Origin: Christensenella sp. UBA5489
GTDB lineage: Bacteria > Bacillota > Clostridia > Christensenellales > UBA1242
DNA: 64,000 bases
NCBI GenBank assembly: GCA_002424095.1
Contig: DIPL01000001.1
Location: forward strand, 2,184-66,183
Reading direction: 5' to 3'
Position 1 is the first letter of the stretch, and the number at the start of each line of letters is the position of its first letter. The notes beneath the pieces were generated by a model that searched no databases, was not told where the DNA came from, and worked only from the letters and a program-made list of their open reading frames with translations. This document shows, piece by piece, positions 59,864 through 64,000 of this stretch. The position numbers were made by a program, and so were the translations under genes.

Positions 59864-60706
59864 TTAGTTGTCTAAAAATAGAATTCCGATTGTTTTTTCG
59901 CCACAATGCGAAGAAATTGTTATTCCTGCACGCACAGTATAAATTGTTTTGAAACCTTTATTTTCTAGCGCCGTTTTTATCGTATTAATCATTTCATCAG
60001 TTGCTGTAGTATGCGTTATAAAAGCAGTACTCAAATCAGGGTCAGGATAAGCGTCCATAACATTTTTAGTAAATTTTTCCACAGCTTTGTTCATATTTCT
60101 TTCTTTAAATTTTGCACTGGAAAGCATTTTCCCATCTTTAACGGTAATTTGTGGTTTGATTCCAAAAATGCTTGCCGCCATAAGTTGAGCCAAATTGCAT
60201 CGTCCGCCCTTATGCAAAAATGTTAATTTTTCAATTATAAAATTAACCCTCACTTTTTCACGAAGTTTCAAACATTCTTCATAAACAGTTTTTGCGTCTT
60301 TTCCCTCTTTAATTAAATCTATTGCACGAAGTGCGAGCAAGGCAATGCCTGTTGATAGTGATAAAGAATCTACTACATATACATTTTTCATTTTTTCTGC
60401 TGCTTTTTTAGCATTATCGTAGGCAAGACTAGCACTACTGGATAGTGAAAAGTGAATTACCGCATCGTTGTCTTTTAATAATTTTTCGAAATGTTCTTGG
60501 AATTCCATTTCATTTACTGCGCTGGTTTTAGGCAGAGTTTTTGTTCTTTTAACGAACTCGAACATTTCATCAATAGTAATATCTCCATCTTTAATTAAAT
60601 CGTCTCCTAAAAAAATACCGAATGGAACAGTTGAAATTTCAAATTTTTTCAACATATCCTTTGGTAGGTCGATTGTGCTTTCCGCAGAAATAGCAATTTT
60701 TTTCAT
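59864..60706 (-). CDS. degV: DegV/FakB fatty-acid-binding protein
   Basis: PKTSA, VDSLSLS, LHKGGR, ISSHCG. Confidence 0.92.
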   Translation of the reverse strand: MKKIAISAESTIDLPKDMLKKFEISTVPFGIFLGDDLIKDGDITIDEMFEFVKRTKTLPKTSAVNEMEFQEHFEKLLKDNDAVIHFSLSSSASLAYDNAKKAAEKMKNVYVVDSLSLSTGIALLALRAIDLIKEGKDAKTVYEECLKLREKVRVNFIIEKLTFLHKGGRCNLAQLMAASIFGIKPQITVKDGKMLSSAKFKERNMNKAVEKFTKNVMDAYPDPDLSTAFITHTTATDEMINTIKTALENKGFKTIYTVRAGITISSHCGEKTIGILFLDN

Positions 60707-61060
60707 AAATACCTCCATTAATTTATATATTCTATCAAATTATTTGATTTGATAGTATAATTTACTTAAAATTTTATATTCTTTTTTTAATTATTTGAAT
60801 TTAAACTTTCACGTACAAACATTAATCATTTACATTATATACATTAAATTTAAAAAATCAAACATATAAACATAACAAGCATTTTTGGCTTTAATTAATT
60901 TTTTATTAATTTTGTCTAAAATTGTTGTAAATTGTAAAAATAAAACACAAAATTGCTTGTAAAAATTTCTTTTTATGATATTATTATACAATAATAATAT
61001 TTAATTGATCGTTTTAAATAGGTTTTAAACAAAATTGAGTTATAAGGAATGTATTGATAC

Positions 61061-63459
61061 GTGGATGTGAAAGAGAAATTAGAGAAGAATATTAAATTTA
61101 ATGCCTGAAAAGACAATAGAGGGAATTATCAATCACTAAAAAGTCATTTAGATAATATTTCTGAAATGGCGAGTGGCTTTGCGCCAATCGCCCCAAATTT
61201 AGCAAGCCTTATAGGTGTTTTACATGATGTAGGAAAAGCATCTTGCCAGTTTCAAACTTACTTAGAAGAAAGTGAAAAGTCTAAAATAAATAACAAAAGA
61301 GGCAAAATCAAGCATTCTATTCAAGGCGCTTTTTTAACTGACGATATTTTCAATTCTCAGCAACAAATAGCACAACTTATAAAAGAAATAATTGAAATTG
61401 TGATTTCAGGGCATCACGGAAATTTAAATGATATTGTCAGTCCCGACGGCGAAAAAGTTTTCTTTGATAAATTAAACTTGTCTAAAAATCCAGAATATGA
61501 TTATAAAAACATACGAAATAATTCAGAATTAATTTTAAATAAAACAGAAATTCACAAGTTTTTTGAAGCAGCCCAAAATGAAATTTCTGTGATTTTGGAT
61601 TTCATAGAAAGTAATTATGAATCTGAACAATCTGCGTCATTTGCACTTGGACTTTTAGTTAAATACATTTACTCTTGCTTGATTGATGCCGATAGGCTGG
61701 ACGCATATTTGTTTGATATTGGAGAAGACATAAATTCCAATCAAAAAGATTTTGATTGGAGTCATTTAATTGATACATTTGAAACAAATATTAAAGAATT
61801 TAAAAATGATAATAAAATTTCAAAAATTCGCTCTTTAATTTCTGAAAAATGTAAAAATGCTGCAAAAAGAGAAACAGGGATATATCAATTATCTGTTCCG
61901 ACAGGTGGCGGAAAAACTTTATCTTCGTTACGCTTTGCCTTGCACCATGCAAAAAATAAAAAGAAAAATCGAATTATCTATGTAATTCCTTATCTTTCAA
62001 TCATTGAACAAACAGCAGAAAGCATTCGTAAAATACTTAATTTAAAACAAAACAAAGATATTATCCTAGAACATCATTCTAATATTGTAACTCCGCTTGA
62101 TGATGAAGAAAGAGGTCTTAGGAAACTAGCCGCTTCTCGTTGGGATAATCCAATTATAATCACAACAATGGTTCAATTTTTAGAAACAGTTATGTCTGCA
62201 AAAGGGAGTAATCTCAGAAAATTTCACAATATGCAAAATAGCGTTATTATCTTTGATGAAATTCAATCATTGCCTGTCAATACAATTCATTTGTTCAATG
62301 AAGTCGCAACTTTTTTATCTAAAATATTAAATTCCACAATTTTGCTTTGTACCGCAACGCAACCTCGCATTGCTGCTACTAAACGACATAATCTGCTATT
62401 ATCAAAAAATCCTAATTTAATTGAAGACTTCGAAAAAGATTTTCAAGATTTAAAGAGAACTAAAATTGTTCCTAAAAAAGAAATGAATATTGATGAATTT
62501 TCTCAATTTATATGGGAAAAATCTCAAAAAAATAATAATTGTTTAACAATCGTAAATAAAAAAAGCCAAGCAAGGCAAGTATATGAAATATTAAAAGAAA
62601 AGAACAAAAATAATAGTTTTAAATTGTTGCATTTAAGTACTTCAATGTGTCCAGCGCATAGAATTGAGACACTTGAAAATATAAAGACTTTATTAAAAGA
62701 AGGAGAGAAAGTTATTTGTGTAAGCACGCAACTTATTGAAGCAGGTGTAGATATATCTTTTGACTGTGTTGTTAGGGCAATGGCAGGTTTAATATTGTGC
62801 AGGCGGCGGGAAGATGCAATAGAAACGGCGGAGATGAAGCAAAGGAGAAAGATGTTTATGTGATTCCGTTAAAAGCAGAAAATTTGGAAAGATTATATGA
62901 CATAAAAAATAAAAAGGAAAAAACTGCGAAAATAATAAACGAAAATAAAGGAGCGGATTTTTTAAGTCAAGAAATATTAAATGAATTTTATAAGCATTAT
63001 TATGATGATAGAGGAGAGTTGATGGATTTTCCAATAAGTAAAACTGGAAATACAACAATTTATTCACTGCTTTCAGAAAATGAAGTTGGTAGACGAAACT
63101 ATAAAAACAGAAAGAATGTTGATTTCTCGCATCTCATCGCTCAGGCATTTACTTCGGCGGGCGAAAATTTTAAGGTTATAGATAATAACACAACCGCAGT
63201 TGTTGTTTATTTTGGTAATGTCGAAACATTGCTTCTTGATTATAAAAAAGCAGATTTGAAAAATAAAATTTCAATTTTGCAAGAGTTGCAGAAATATAGT
63301 GTTTCTTTATTTTCATATGAATATGAAAAGCTTTTAGAGCAAGGTGCTATAACCGAATTAGATGAAGAATTCGGTATTAAATTGCTTGCTTCGTTCTATT
63401 ATTCTAATGAATATGGCGTTACAACCGAAGTCGATGTTGAAAAATATATTCCAGATTAA
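61061..63459 (+). pseudogene. cas3: Type I-C Cas3 HD-helicase, disrupted by in-frame TGA (61106-61108) and frameshift near 62792
   Basis: QSLKSHL, LHDVGK, HHG, DADRLD, PTGGGKT, DEIQ, STQLIEAGVDI; QAAGRCNR continues in another frame. Confidence 0.88.
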
Positions 63460-63475
63460 TTAAAAAGGAGAAATA

Positions 63476-64000
63476 ATGAAAAATATTGAGAAAAAACGAA
63501 ATTCAGTAGAGTTCGAAGTGTATGGTAAATATGCTTTATTTTCAGACCCTATTACAAGAGTAGGCGGAGAAAAATTTACATATCAAGTTCCAACATATCA
63601 AGCATTGAAAGGTATGCTGGAAAGTGTTTTTTGGAAACCAACATTTGTTTGGGTTATTGATGCGGTGCGAGTAATGAATAAAATCCAAACCGAAGGAAAA
63701 GGCATTCGTCCAATTAATTTTGGTGGCATATATCCAAGCAAGTTGGCAGTTGGTCAAAAACCAAGCACTGACAAATTTTTCAATAGCCTTGCTTATTACA
63801 CTTATTTAAAGAAAGTGCGTTATCAGGTTTTAGCACACTTTGAATGAAAATCGTGCAGACTTAAAACAAGACCGCAATGAAAATAAACACTTTGATATGG
63901 CAACACGAGCGATAAAAAAGGGTGGCAGACGAGATATTTTTTTAGGAACAAGAGAATGTCAGGCTTATGTTGTTCCTTGTAAGTTTGGTGAAGGTGAAGG
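63476..64000 (+). pseudogene. cas5c: Type I-C Cas5c, frameshifted near 63845 and running off the window
   Basis: [24 protein letters not shown]; after the shift NENKH...[14 protein letters not shown] continues. Confidence 0.88.

Noticed and set aside
60720..61060. CRISPR array or leader upstream of cas3
   Set aside because: AT-rich but no regularly spaced direct repeats visible
61106..61108. TGA recoding (genetic code 4/25) explaining the cas3 and cas5c stops
   Set aside because: TGA ends normal genes here (prp, terL, rimI, rpmC) and Trp is encoded by TGG; cas5c continues in a different frame

Overview
AT-rich chromosomal segment of a spore-forming, low-GC Clostridia-like bacterium (standard genetic code). 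Most of it is housekeeping: cls, rpmG-secE-nusG-rplKA, rplU-prp-rpmA, ogg, pdp-tsaE-tsaB-rimI, murF, trpS, the S10-spc-alpha ribosomal cluster, sigK, ppx-like, glyQS and degV. The main oddity lies between ogg and pdp (about 6.4-24.9 kb): an intact but minimal podovirus-like head/packaging module. It has TerL, a TerS lacking its HTH, portal, scaffold, major capsid, adaptor, nozzle and two holins, but no recognisable integrase, repressor, replication genes, endolysin or att sites, and host-like genes with their own promoters interrupt it. It is headed by an ArpU/RinA-like activator whose consensus sigma-A promoter carries a perfect LexA box. A shared TATGTC-N28-TGTTATTATAAT motif lies upstream of both the activator and terS. 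This layout fits a domesticated, SOS-inducible gene-transfer-agent-like system (inference, untested). Also seen: three tandem paralogous unknown proteins, an orphan VirB6/TrbL-like gene, long low-complexity extensions on SecE/L22/L24/S5, a candidate structured RNA after rplA, and a decaying type I-C cas3/cas5c pair with three independent lesions at the right edge.
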